The position numbers were made by a program, and so were the translations under genes. A DNA stretch of 62,256 bases, filler included, from Sphacelaria rigidula (taxonomy: Eukaryota): NCBI GenBank assembly GCA_964200075.2. It is 11 parts of 11 records of this genome, joined end to end, with 100 filler letters (N's around TTAATTAATTAA, not from the genome) between each part and the next. Parts side by side here need not be neighbours in the genome. Positions count along the whole stretch, not along the records: positions 34,015 to 39,583 come from CAXNAA020026257.1; positions 39,684 to 45,252 come from CAXNAA020026258.1; positions 45,353 to 50,920 come from CAXNAA020026259.1; 8 more parts are not named here. One strand, 5' to 3'. Positions 36,626-48,400 of this stretch are shown piece after piece (position 1 is the stretch's first letter; every line of letters begins with the position of its first letter). The notes under the pieces were generated by a model. The model did not search any database, was not told the origin of the DNA, and saw only the letters and a program-made list of their open reading frames with translations.

Positions 36626-39099
36626 GGCCCTGTTGCAGGTTAAGGGCAACGCCCGGTTAAGGGCAACTTTTCGCTTAAGGGCAAGCGGTCCGGGTTAAGG
36701 GCAAGCGCCCCTGACTATGGGGGAGCGCCCCTGGTTAGGGGGGAACGGCCCGGATTAGGGGCAAGCGCACCTGACTATGGGGAAGCGCACCTGGGTAAGG
36801 GGAAGCGCCCCTGGCTATGGGGAAGTGCACCTGAGTAAGGGGAAGCGCCCCTGACTATGGAGAAGCGCACCTGGGTAAGGGGAAGCGCCCCTGACTATGG
36901 GGAAGCGCGCCTGGGTAAGGGGAAGCACACCTGGGTAAGGGGAAGCGCACTCGGGTAGGGGGAAGCGCACCTGGATACGGGCAAGCGACCATGATTATTG
37001 GCATCACGGTGCCAACGCGTTGTCCGTAACACGATACAGATGCCACTGTCTTGTGGGCACGCGTTATATGTGTCAACGCGTCGTCCATAAGACGATACGG
37101 ATGTCACTGTCTTACCGGTGCACGATACAGGTGCCCCTGGCTTGTGGGCATGCGATACAGGTGTTACTGGCTTGTGGGCGTTGCCCATAACACGATACGG
37201 GTGTTACTGGCTTGTGGGCGTTGCCCGTAACACGATACAGGTGTCTCTGGCTTGTCGTTACGCAATACATTTGTCTCTGGCTTGTGTGCGTTGCCCATAA
37301 CACGATACGGGTGTCACTATCTTACCGGCACACGATACAGGTGCCCCTGGCTTGTGGGCATGCGATACAGGTGTCTCTGGATTGCAATGTAAACTCTAGG
37401 CTGATTGTCCTGCTGTAATAGTCGCCGTTGTAAGGGTGACACTGGCATCAGCATCAACATATGTGAAATAAGGGAACCCGCCAGCCCTGTCGAGTAACAC
37501 AGCCTGTACGAAAATGCGCAGAAGATGCATCCACGCGATCGAGCGGCAGCAGTCCGATATAAACTTCGTTGGGCACCATCGCTGTGAGGGCGGGGAGAGC
37601 ACTGTCTTCGGCTCGAGCGTCGTGTAGGTGTAGAACCTCATTTTACACGATCGCCATGGGTGGGATTCTTTGTCCGAAGTGACGGTGAAAGTAGACGATA
37701 CGATCTAGTGTGAAGAGCGTTCATTTCCCTGTACGACGCCTAGTCCTGTATCTGTAGTAGGTTGCCGCTGACGTCCCTGATATATTCGACTACCATAAGC
37801 CGAAGCCGGTGACAACTAAATCGTTGCCCACAAGCCAGTGACACCTGTATCGTGTTATGGGCAACGCCCACAAGCCAGTGACACCTGTATCGTGTTATGG
37901 GCAACGCCTAGAAGCCAGTGACACCTGTATCGCGTGCCCACAAGCCAGAAACACCCGTATCGTGTCATGCGCAACGCCCCCAAGCTAGGAGCACCTGTAT
38001 CGCGTGCCCACAAGCCAAAGAACCCCGTATCGCGTTATGGGCAAGGGCCAAGAGCCACAGACACCTGCATCGCGTGACCAGAAGCCGGGGACACCTGTAT
38101 TGCGTTCCTACAAGTCAACGACACATGTATCGTGCTACGGGCAAGTCGTTGACACCTGTATCGCGCGCCCAGAAGCCAGAGACACCTGTATCGTGTCGAT
38201 AACCCAGTGACATCTGTATCGCGTGACCACAAGCCGGAGACACCTGTATTACGTGTCCACAAGCCAGACACCCGTATCGTGTCAGGAGCAGCGCCATCAA
38301 CCCAGTAACACCCGTATCGTGTCTTGAGCAACGCCATCAACCCAGTAACACCTGTATCGTGTCTTGAGCAACGCCCACAAGCCAGTAACACCCGTATCGT
38401 GTTATGGGCAACGCCCACGAGCCAGTCAGTAACACCCGTATCGTCTTATGGGCAACGCCTACCAGACAGAGACACCTGTATTGTGTGACCACAAGACAGA
38501 TACACCTGTATCGCATGCCCACAAGCCAGTGACGCCCGTATCGTGTTATGGGCAACGCACACAAGCGAGAGACACCTGTCTCGTGTTATGGGCGACGTCC
38601 ACAAGCCAGTAACACCTGTATCGCATGCCCACAAGCCAGGGGCACCTGTATCGTGTTATGGGCAACGCGTTGGCACCGTGATGCTCATAATCAGGGGCGC
38701 TTGCCCGTATCCAGGTGCGTTTCCCCCTACCCGGGTGCGCTTGCCCCTACCCAGGTGTGCTTCCCCATAGTCAGGGGCGCTTCCCCTTACTCAGGTGTGC
38801 TTCCCCATAGTCAGGGGCGCTTCCCCTTACCCAGGTGCGCTTCCCCATAGTCAGGGGCGCTTCCCCTTACCCAGGTGCGCTTCCCCATAGTCAGGGGCGC
38901 TTCCCCTTACCCAGGTGCGCTTCCCCTTACCCAGGTGCGCTTCCCCATAGTCAGGGGCGCTTCCCCTTACCCAGGTGCGCTTCCCCATAGCCAGGGGCAC
39001 TTCCCCATAGTCAGGGGCGCTTGCCCTTAATCCGGACCGCTTGCCCTTAAGCGAAAAGTTGCCCTTAACCGTGCGTTGCCCTTAACCTGCAACAAGGCT
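36626..39099. mobile_element. Large Foldback-type element with modular inverted arms (left ~36626-37380, right ~37825-39099) and a ~440-bp unique core
   Basis: Termini GGCCCTGTTGCAGGTTAAGGGCAACG / CGTTGCCCTTAACCTGCAACAAGGCT; outer 20-bp tandem units; inner 30/40-bp units with an ACACC(T/C)GTATCG core; no clean TSD. Confidence 0.88.
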
Positions 39100-40418
39100 T
39101 CGCGAGATTCACACTGCATGCATGCGGTAGCTTGACTCGGTCACTTGATTTTTCAAAATTTTACACTTATACTATAAAGCTTATACGGATATTTGTTGTA
39201 CGTATTCGACATGCGTCACCGTCGGCATGGCTGCCTTTTGTTGAGTTTCCGCGTGAAGACACTGTCTGCAGACAGTACATGAGCCAACTCGCATCACAGC
39301 CATAGCTACTATTGACAACTGTAGCACAGTAGAGTAGAACGGGTGTCTTGCCTTCGCGTGGAAATATCATTTCAAACGTTAGAGGAAGTCAACAACCGAA
39401 AGATATGGGACATGAGCGCACAAAAATCTTTCATTTGTGTACGAGCATTTGTGAGGCGAAGTGCAACTTGATCTGCTGACTTGCACAGGAGGGGTGCGTA
39501 CCCCCAGTAACCGCTGCGTGGTATACAAAGCTAGCATCCAGGTGTCTTATCTCACTCCAAAAGGACGGTGTGCAACCATATGTNNNNNNNNNNNNNNNNN
39601 NNNNNNNNNNNNNNNNNNNNNNNNNNNTTAATTAATTAANNNNNNNNNNNNNNNNNNNNNNNNNNNNNNNNNNNNNNNNNNNNATCAGGTATACAAGTGT
39701 GTTCATACTTCACCTGTAGGAGCTGGATCGCATAGAAACTGATCTGTCCGACGTGTGTACTTTTCATAAACCCCCTCCCCTTCCTCGGGACGGCGAGTCC
39801 GTGGTCTGGAAGTGATGCCCACCCATCGTTTCATCGATCGGTACATAGCTTGCATACTGCGATCGTGGAATGCATCAGCACTGCCTCCCGCCCACCGCGT
39901 CGACTCTCGTCTAACGATGTATCTTTTGTTCCTCAGTCATGTCCTTCACGTGTTTTCGACGACGGACAATGAGGTACGCAGAATAACGGACCTAATTGCA
40001 TCCCATCTGCTGGTATTGGAACTCGATATTCTTCCGATATCATCAATGTTTAGTTGTCTAACTACACTATATCGCTGTAGGCTACCGAGGCCTGTCGGTT
40101 ACTGCACGAGCTATGGTGGCAAACACTCGATTTTGTTTTCCTCCCTTGATTTTTCAATCATCAGGGAAAGAAAAGAATAAAGCGTCGACCATTCTTCAAT
40201 ACTTCATTTGACTCGGTGTTGTGTCATCATCCATGAATTGTGGAATAATTTTTAGTTCTGAGGCAAAACATACCGCGCGATATGTATCTCGAGCTTGTTC
40301 GCTCACAACCGTCCTCGGTCCACGGTCCCGCCGCTTATGTGTGTGTGTATGTGTGCGTGTGTGTCTGTCTGTGTACCTGTGATTGTGACTGTGCGTTTCG
40401 GTCGTCGTTGCTTGGAAG

Positions 40419-41951
40419 GTGCTCCCTGCGTCTTTTCAGCGTTATCGTCGACCCTACCGACAACCCCGAACAGGTGAACGATTAAAACGGTATGACGTAC
40501 CCGAACGCCCATATGAATTTTGAGCTTGGAAAATGTTCTTCAGTTTCTTTCGTACATCTTTCGAGAAGGGTCAAAAGTAAGGCGGGGGAAGAACGAGTTA
40601 TTATCCCCATTACCTCCCCTCCCCCCCCCCGGGCTGTATGGAAGAGAGTCAAGGATGGGCAGGCTGCAAGGTGGGATAGCGTAGCCAAGGAAGTGTGGGA
40701 GGGTATGGGAGGAAAGCAAGACAGATAATGCCCAGAGGCGAATGCGCAGGGTCCACGACAAAAGTATGAGACACGGTGAAAATAGCGCGGAAACATGTGG
40801 TAAGATGAGAAGTAGACGAGGAGGAGCACCTAAAGATATATGGGGAGTTGAGATAACGGATAGGGATGAAAACGTATCTGCACAGCCCACCGGACTGCGC
40901 GAAAAAGTCGAAAGGGCAATTTCGAGATAGGACGGGGACCTACACCTGCCAGATAGAATAAGAGAGGTATACTAGTAGTCGTGTGGAGGAGGAAGTAGAT
41001 GCACACAATTGCCCCTGTGGCGAAGCAAAAGAGATTGGAACCTCTCAAGTAGAATGTGAACTATGCAAGAAGAAATGGAAGGTGTTGGAAGAGAGATGAA
41101 GGAAGTAAACAAACGTGATATGAATTCGTTTGATACATGCGATGGTAGCGAGAAAATTATCGCTTTACAAGGAGATAGACGGTGGCCACAGGCAGCGAAA
41201 TAGGACAACGGGGATAAGGTATGTGAAAGGTTTTCGTGTAATGTATGGAAAAAAACTTGATGAGCGCCTGAATGTTGGGGGTGTCTTTCTTAGGAGTAGG
41301 AACGGTGCTCCGTCTCGAAAGGGATGCGTGGTCAATGGTCAAACGACGAAGGCAACCAACATGTGAGTACCCCCCCTCCCCCCCCCTCTCCTTCCCTCCC
41401 TTCTCACCATCGTCGCGCCCTTTTCTTTTATCGCAAACCAACCAGCAACCCGTATTTCCCCCCTTCATGTTTGCCTTGAATGAGCTAGTCGTGAAAAAGA
41501 CGACCTTGTTGATGTTTGATGAATATTTTTTCAGACGAAGCCATCATCATAACAATGTCGTTCGCTCTGCACGTGGGTCGACGTGGCATCCCCCAAGGGG
41601 AAAAAACCCCCATTTTTTTCAATATATATATATACTTGAATATATATTGATTTCAGTCCGTTAACGTCTTGCTCGTCAAGCATTCGAATAGCTTCGCGAC
41701 CCCTTGAAATCTGTCCCGACGCACGAGTTCCCACAACCAAGATGCCTTTCCGGTGCCGACGCCCCCGCCACCCGGACATGTGCTGGCGCTCATAAGGTGG
41801 AGAAAGATGTCCGCGAATACCTGGATCAGGTTCGAATCGAGGCCTCGGTCAAGGCTGTGGACATGTCGGACGTGAAGTTTAACCGCGAGGTTTACCGACA
41901 GCACGAGAACGATCTGAAGCAGAGCCGCACGTATAGCAACATGGGTGTCCG
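40419..41951 (+). CDS. Cation-chloride cotransporter (SLC12/CCC family), C-terminal domain fragment; exons 40419-40473 and 41797-41951
   Basis: The phase-0 join gives CSLRLFSVIVDPTDNPEQ|VEKDVREYLDQVRIEASVKAVDMSD. This matches the KCC/CCC pattern as I recall it: C-x-x-R-x-F...D-N-x-x-Q-x-x-K-D-x-x-x-(F/Y)-L-x-x-x-R-I-x-A-x-V-x-x-V-x-M. Donors GTGAAC and GTATGT. Confidence 0.72.
40631..41375 (+). mobile_element. 5'-truncated degenerate LINE (family A) inside the SLC12 intron
   Basis: Homologous to 43230-44050(-); CPCG zinc-knuckle remnant near 41010; family A 3' end ...GGTCAATGGTCAAACGAC...TGAGTACCCCCC; C-rich tracts at both ends. Confidence 0.78.
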
Positions 41952-43231
41952 GTATGTATGTGCGACTGCTGTCTTTCAGGAGCAGCCACCCGACGTGTGT
42001 GTGTGTGTGTGTGTGTGTCTATCCGCGTGCCCGTCTTGCCCAAAAGCAGACAAAAAGGGGTCGTGATGCACAGTCTAAGAACAGAAAGGGGGTAAAAGAC
42101 AAAACCAAAAAGGGGGTGTTCCCAATACTAGTAGAAACGAGGGAATTCCACCCCCCGTCACCAGGCGACAAGAAGGATACACCGCTACCTCAAGTGGAAG
42201 CCTGCCTCCCTTATCGCCAGGTTTGTCTCTCGCGCTGCGATTTTCGTCCAGAAGACCAATGGTTGGAAATCCAAGGGGGTCCAGAAGGGACGTGAGTCGA
42301 GAAACCTCCACGTGTTGCCTTCTCACTCGCTGGAGCCCTGTCGTTTGCTGTACCCCAATTTGTCTAAATATTGGGGATGTACCCCTTCTTATCTATTGTC
42401 CGAAAAGCGTAGTAAAGGTAAGGATTAGTATGTAGAATAACTAGAAAAGGATAAGAAAAAACAAAACCCAGTCCGAATGATACACAACAAAATACGATAT
42501 GAAGTTAGAAGTGGCCCCCGCCCCTGCAGCATGACTTGTGGCGAAGAAAGCCGTGCGCAAAAAGTACATAAGACCCATACAAAAACAAAACGGAGGGCGT
42601 GGGAGCAGATTGCGGGTCAGTTATCCCAGACCATACCATTCCATGCACTTCTTAACCTACTAACACACGACCGACTCTTGAAGATTACACTTCCCGTGGG
42701 GGTGTACTCATGATCTTGCATGCCGTTGTCGTAAGACCATTGACCTCGCATCCCTACAAAGCCGGGACGGAGCACGACGGGTTTTCGCCGGACCAGGCTC
42801 GCAATCACCAAGCGCGAAGCGCCGTGATGTGTTCGGCTAGTCGCATGAAGGGTGACCTGCATCCTGCTGAGATTGTCTGGCCCGAAGCGTTCTGATTACC
42901 TTGCATGTGGATGACAGCCTCCAATGAGTTGCTTCATTTTCTGGTATTGCCACCTCCAGAGACAGCCACGGGTTACACACTGCCTCATGGATGTCTCACC
43001 ATTCGAACTCTGTGTTGTGCGACCATCCCCTCTGGGCGTAGTTCGGGTTCTCCACTCCGCACAATATGATCAAGCTCGACCACCATCATGGTTACAGCAG
43101 AAAAAAAACGGAAGCGAACCTCCCCCCGGTAACCTGGTTGCATAGCTTACGCGGTGAGTAGCGTGTTTTACCGCGTCGTTGCCAACCGACGCCAACCGTC
43201 GAGGACATACTTCTCGTGGAGGGGGAAGGGA

Positions 43232-45048
43232 GGGGGGTACTCATCTGTTGCTTGCCTTGATCGTTTGACCATGCATCCATTTCGAGACGGAGCACTGTTC
43301 TTATTCCTTATGGAGACACCTCCAAGACGTGTAGACTTTTCCCCTGAGTTCACACCACTACTGGGGGATTTCCTATGGTGGTGAAATGCATGAGCGAACC
43401 GCATGCTTCTTGGGCCGTATCGGAGTTCAAAACACCCCGGGACCGACGTTTTTCAAGATCGCTCCGGCCAGTCCCGACAGGGACCGCTGGCGCCCATTAC
43501 ATTTTCCCCATACACAATACTAGAATATTTTGGATATCTCATCTCCGTCCTGTTCCACCGTCTCTGGCCACTATCTACTAGTACAGCCCTCGTTTTCTCC
43601 GTACTGTCTTGTGCATCGAATGATTTCAGCCACCTCCGTTCACTTCCCGCATTTCCCCCTCCAGCACGTCCCGTTCCTCCTTGCATAGTTCACATTTTGC
43701 CACTACATGAGTTCTACTCGATTGCTTTGCCACAGGGAAAATTCTGTGCATCTACTTCCTCCTCCTCTCGACTGTATATCTCTTTCTTCCTTCTGACAGG
43801 CCCAGCCCCCCCCCCGATATCACATTTTCAAGCTTTTGGCGGAGTCCATTGGGCCATGCAGATATGTTTTCATCCCTATCCCCTCTCTCAACCCGCCGTA
43901 TACTTCCCGGTGCCCTTCCTCGTCTACTTTCCGCCTCAGCGTATCTTTTCCCTTTTTTTATCTTGTACCCCGCACCTCCATCTATGGACATTATCTCCTT
44001 CCATGCTTACCCGACTACTCTATCCCCCCTCGTTCCCACCTGCCCTTTCTGGATTTTTCCCATACAGCCATATCAATCATGGGTGGCAATCTCATTCTCT
44101 GCACGTTCTTTATGCTATGTTGTCATTTCAATTTTCTCGTGTCTCTGTTCTAAGTCGGTTTATCCCCAATTCCGCTCGCAATGCTGTATTACTCGTCGTT
44201 TTTGAGCATCCAAGTATTGTCTTAGCTGCTGACATCTGTACTGTTTCCAGCTTCTTCAACAACTCCGCATTCCCCTCCCATACTTCTCCTGCATACTCCA
44301 GCTTGTTTACAATCCCGTTCATCAGGATACATCTCTTCATCCTAGTAGCTAGGTGCGAGTCTCTGGGGATCACGCCCATCTTGCCTATCTTTGTCCTACC
44401 CTTTTCTATCACTTTATCGATGGGTGCGTCTCAAGAACAGGTTTTTGAGATCTCTACGCCGAGGTATGTATACTGGTCTACGATCGACAGCTCCTCTACT
44501 ACCCCTTCCATTTGAACTCTACCGGATTTTTCTTATCTTCGTTACGTAAAAGTAGCGCATTTGTTGACGTTCGCTGTCACTCCCCATTTCCTAGTGTATT
44601 CTAGCGCCCTCTCTATTCGCTTCCGCAATCCTTCTGGTGCTTCTGACATCCACACGAAATTATGGGGGAACATCAATCCCGATACCATGTATCCCCCCTT
44701 CTCGACTACTTGCTTCGCTGCTTCCATTCCTCTCATTCGACCATCAATAAATACCTTGAATGAAGGGGTGACAACGTACATCCTTATGCGCAACCTTGTG
44801 AAATACCAAACTATTTGGATATTCCCTCCGTCTAGAATCATCGCACTCCCCGCACATTCTGACATCTTCTTCGCCATTTCCCACATTTTCCCTCTGATCC
44901 CAGCTTCCCACAACTTTTGTCCACAGCCCGTTTCTCCATACGGTGTCACAGGCCTTTTGTACGTGTAGAAAGAAACAGTACTTTGTCAGCTTGGCGTCGT
45001 TCTCTGGAATAATTGAACCTAATGTGCACACATGATCCAACTTCTCTT
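43232..45048 (-). mobile_element. Degenerate non-LTR retrotransposon (LINE family A): RT plus C-terminal region plus 3' UTR
   Basis: Frameshifted RT fragments QKACDTVWRNGLW, SGLMFPHNFV (decayed FADD), EYTRKWGVTANVNKC and KLEYAGEVW...LRAELG; decayed CCHC; ends TGAGTACCCCC. Confidence 0.88.
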
Positions 45049-45069
45049 GGGGGGGGAAGGGGGGAGGGA

Positions 45070-45252
45070 GGCGTTCTCATCTGTCGCTTGCCTTAGTCGT
45101 TTGGCCATTGACCACGCATCCCTTTCGAGATGGAGCAGGGGGGGTACTCATTTGTTGCTTGCCTGAGTCGTTTGACCATTGACCACGCATCACTTTCGAG
45201 ACGGAGCACCGTTCCTACTCCTAATAGAGACACCTCCAACATTCTGGTGGGG
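45070..45252 (-). mobile_element. Two stacked family A 3' ends; further copies at ~8-74(+), 56105-56198(+), 56268-56348(+)
   Basis: Repeated CGAAAGGGATGCGTGGTCAATGG(T/C)CAAACGACT-x-AGGCAAGC...ATGAG(T)AC followed by C tracts. Confidence 0.85.
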
Positions 45253-45354
45253 NNNNNNNNNNNNNNNNNNNNNNNNNNNNNNNNNNNNNNNNNNNNTTAA
45301 TTAATTAANNNNNNNNNNNNNNNNNNNNNNNNNNNNNNNNNNNNNNNNNNNNCA

Positions 45355-45452
45355 AAAAAATCGGGGGAGTCACGATCTCGGAACGGTTTCCCCCGATTTT
45401 TCGGCAAAAATCGGGAAAAACCGTTCCGAGATCGTGACTCCCCCGATTTTTT
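45355..45452. repeat. Near-perfect 98-bp palindrome
   Basis: 47-bp stem with 2 mismatches and a 4-nt CGGC loop. Confidence 0.92.
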
Positions 45453-48400
45453 CGGCCCCGATGTGGCCCAAATCGGTGTCCATAAAATGCGTTCCCCGAT
45501 TTTTTTTCCCCCGATTTTGAAAAAATCCAGATTCGTGCTTGCCATAAAAGTGGGTCTTATTAGACGCTGAAATTTTGACATGTTATTTTTATCATCAACC
45601 CACGCAACCCTGTAGGTAGAGTGGTGCAGAGGACCAAACAACAAATAACAGGGGGTTACGAGTTGTTCTTCTTCTGGCTGGCGTCACAAGTTTCACAAAA
45701 AACAGGGAAAATGCTGTAACTCCCTCAAAAATTGAAAAAACGACAGCAACACTCCCGACGCACATACTTGCACTCGCGTCAACGACGTCCCGGTGAAGTT
45801 GTGGTAAAAAATGTCCCGAATGGGGCGTCGCGTCGCAATTCTCGGACACGGTGGTCGCGTCTCCTTAATCAATTTGATTTCAGGAGACTCCAATGAAAAG
45901 TGGATCCTGATAGATGGGGTCGATCACAAAAATGAGGTTCAAGTGCCATCTTTTTTTTGCAGGGATGACGCGAAACAGGAACACAGAGCGAAACCATCTT
46001 CCCCCCCTAAGCTCTGCAACTGTGACTAATCAGTTTTGACTAAATGCACCGAACGACTGCGGTCTACACGCGTGGCAATGACGAAATCACCAGAGAGAGA
46101 AGAAAGGACAAGGAGGAAGCTCCTCGCCCGTGTCCTTTGTGTGCCCTCCCTGAGCGATTACCAATCGCTCGGGAGACTGGCATCATGCATGTTACCAGCA
46201 CGTACCGAGTTTCTCATGTGCCGATAGGTATCTTCGAAAAGCATCGCTGCGGAGAGATGTCGCCTCTTCTTGTCTTTGGAGGTCACCAATGTGAAAATCG
46301 ATTTCCCTTCGCCTCTCTTTTTGCACAGGACGCGCCTCCGTGCGCTGAAAAACAGGGCAATGTTCCCGGTACTGCTATTACTGTTCTCTGTCACACACAT
46401 GCCAGCAAAGACGGTGCGCTGCGGCAAAAATAACCTATGATCCAATTTGAATGGCCGGTGTTATTCATCGTTGATATCTGACCATCATGGCGCCCGAGCA
46501 CAAGAGCCTGCCACAGGCCACTTGGGGTGTGTGTGAGGGAGATATCAAAAACTTGTGGAGACCTTCTTGACATGCGGAGTGAAAAAAGATACCTACGGCG
46601 GTGACCTAACTGTTGCTAGAGGGGTGCAGAGGGGTGCGTCGGCTGCAACCTGGAGCTTTCGTTGCTTTTCTCTACTGACTTCCGTCTGCAGAGCGTATGC
46701 CGAGAAGTCACACACGGTAACATGTTATCATGTACCCAAATTCGGAACAGCTATGTAAACGAAACAGTTCGGTTTTCGAAACTACGTTCATATCATTGAA
46801 ATGGCTCTCCTTTCCCGCTCTTATATGATGGTAGCCGGAGTATTATCGTTGCCCCGCGTATGAGACAGGGGGCAGTGGCCACTCGCCAGTTGACAATATA
46901 CTTTGGATTCAGACATTGAGCCGAATGGCGAGGTATATTTTCCCCCTCCTACTCCCCTCGGTTGTCATCTTGTATTGCCCACAGTCGCCGATTTCGGACA
47001 CTCTCGTGCCTATTTCGGCAATCACGCCAACTATATAGTTCCCTCCATTTGCGGACATGACGAGGGCAAGCCCCAATTTCTCGGCTAACTGAAACACTTG
47101 CCAACCCCACTCGTGACTCGAGGGTAAACATGAAAAAATTAAGGTCCAGAAAACGACAGTTCGAACAGCACGCAATAATTAAGCAATAAATCAAGTAAAG
47201 CAGCGCGCAACACCCCGCAAGATGTCCACCGTCTAATTCGAGGCCCACCATACTTTTCAACCGTTCCCCTTCCTCAGGACGAGCTCATCGTCTCGGGGAA
47301 TCAGCCAACCCCTCCCCCGGCGCATGTCTGACATTTCCGTACCGCCGAAAGGATCACCGCTTGCATACCGCGTCGACTTTCGCCGCGTTTCTTTTGCTAC
47401 TCGCGTCCCAACGTTTTCGCCGGGTGGACCAGCTTCTACTGTAATGCACAATTGAGATAGTGCCCGACATGGACATCACCCGGAGTACTTCATATTCTCG
47501 TTCTCTGGCCGCCGGCAGAACGGCGACAAGCCGAGGAGAACAAGGCGACCGCGGAACAAAACAAAAAATAATGCACCGCAACGGCGACCCCAACCAAGAA
47601 AGTTGGCGACTAAAGGCGATGAACCGATAGCCGAAAGTTTCTACAACACCTGCTGTGGAGGTCCGACGCCACCTGAAAGTAACACATCACAAATTACACT
47701 CACGATACTAGCCCACAACTCTAAACATGACAGGACTGCTGTATATGACAAAATCATTTCCTAGAAGGCTTGTTTCGGATCCTCCTGCGAGTAAAATGGC
47801 AAAATACATTATATAGTCGGCAGAACGCTGACGAGCGAATCCCCCTGCTCGACACACTTATCGTAGGCGGCCAGGATGGCCTTGTTGTCTTTAAGACTTC
47901 CCGATTCCCCATCCTTCGCGAATCTGTCCAGCTCCTCAACAGAGGAAATCAGCGCCTTGTATGCTGCTTGCGTCTGCAATCGAATTCACATTTGAACAGG
48001 ATAAAATGAAGGCGCCACACGGTTTAGTTCGGCGGCAAGCTTCCGGTGATACATTTCACAGTGCGACGACGCGAAGAAGTGGTGCGCTACAACCTCAAAA
48101 ACACGGCGAGCCGACAGTCACCGACAGGTTTCGGATCAAGTCTTGGAGTAGTCGCATGCTTGGTTCCCGTTCTCAAGCCCCGGTATCGAATGGACAACGC
48201 ACGGGAAACAACAGCAGAGGGGTGAAAGCGGTCGACAAGGCCGCACAGTCTGCTGATGGTATAAATCCTCGCCCATGTCTAGAACATCAGCGCGTACTGA
48301 AGGACCAGGGAATTTCATCTCTGTTTTACTGCGCTTCGCAACGGGCGTACACGCCCGACTACGGTACGTAGTTTGAGTCGACATTGTGTCATCGTTAGTT

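Noticed and set aside
37825..39030. CRISPR-like array of 30-40-bp repeats
   Set aside because: No unique spacers and no cas genes; the units are contiguous and mirrored in an inverted arm, in a eukaryotic context
43403..44515. 370-aa plus-strand ORF
   Set aside because: Antisense shadow of the decayed LINE; no recognisable domain
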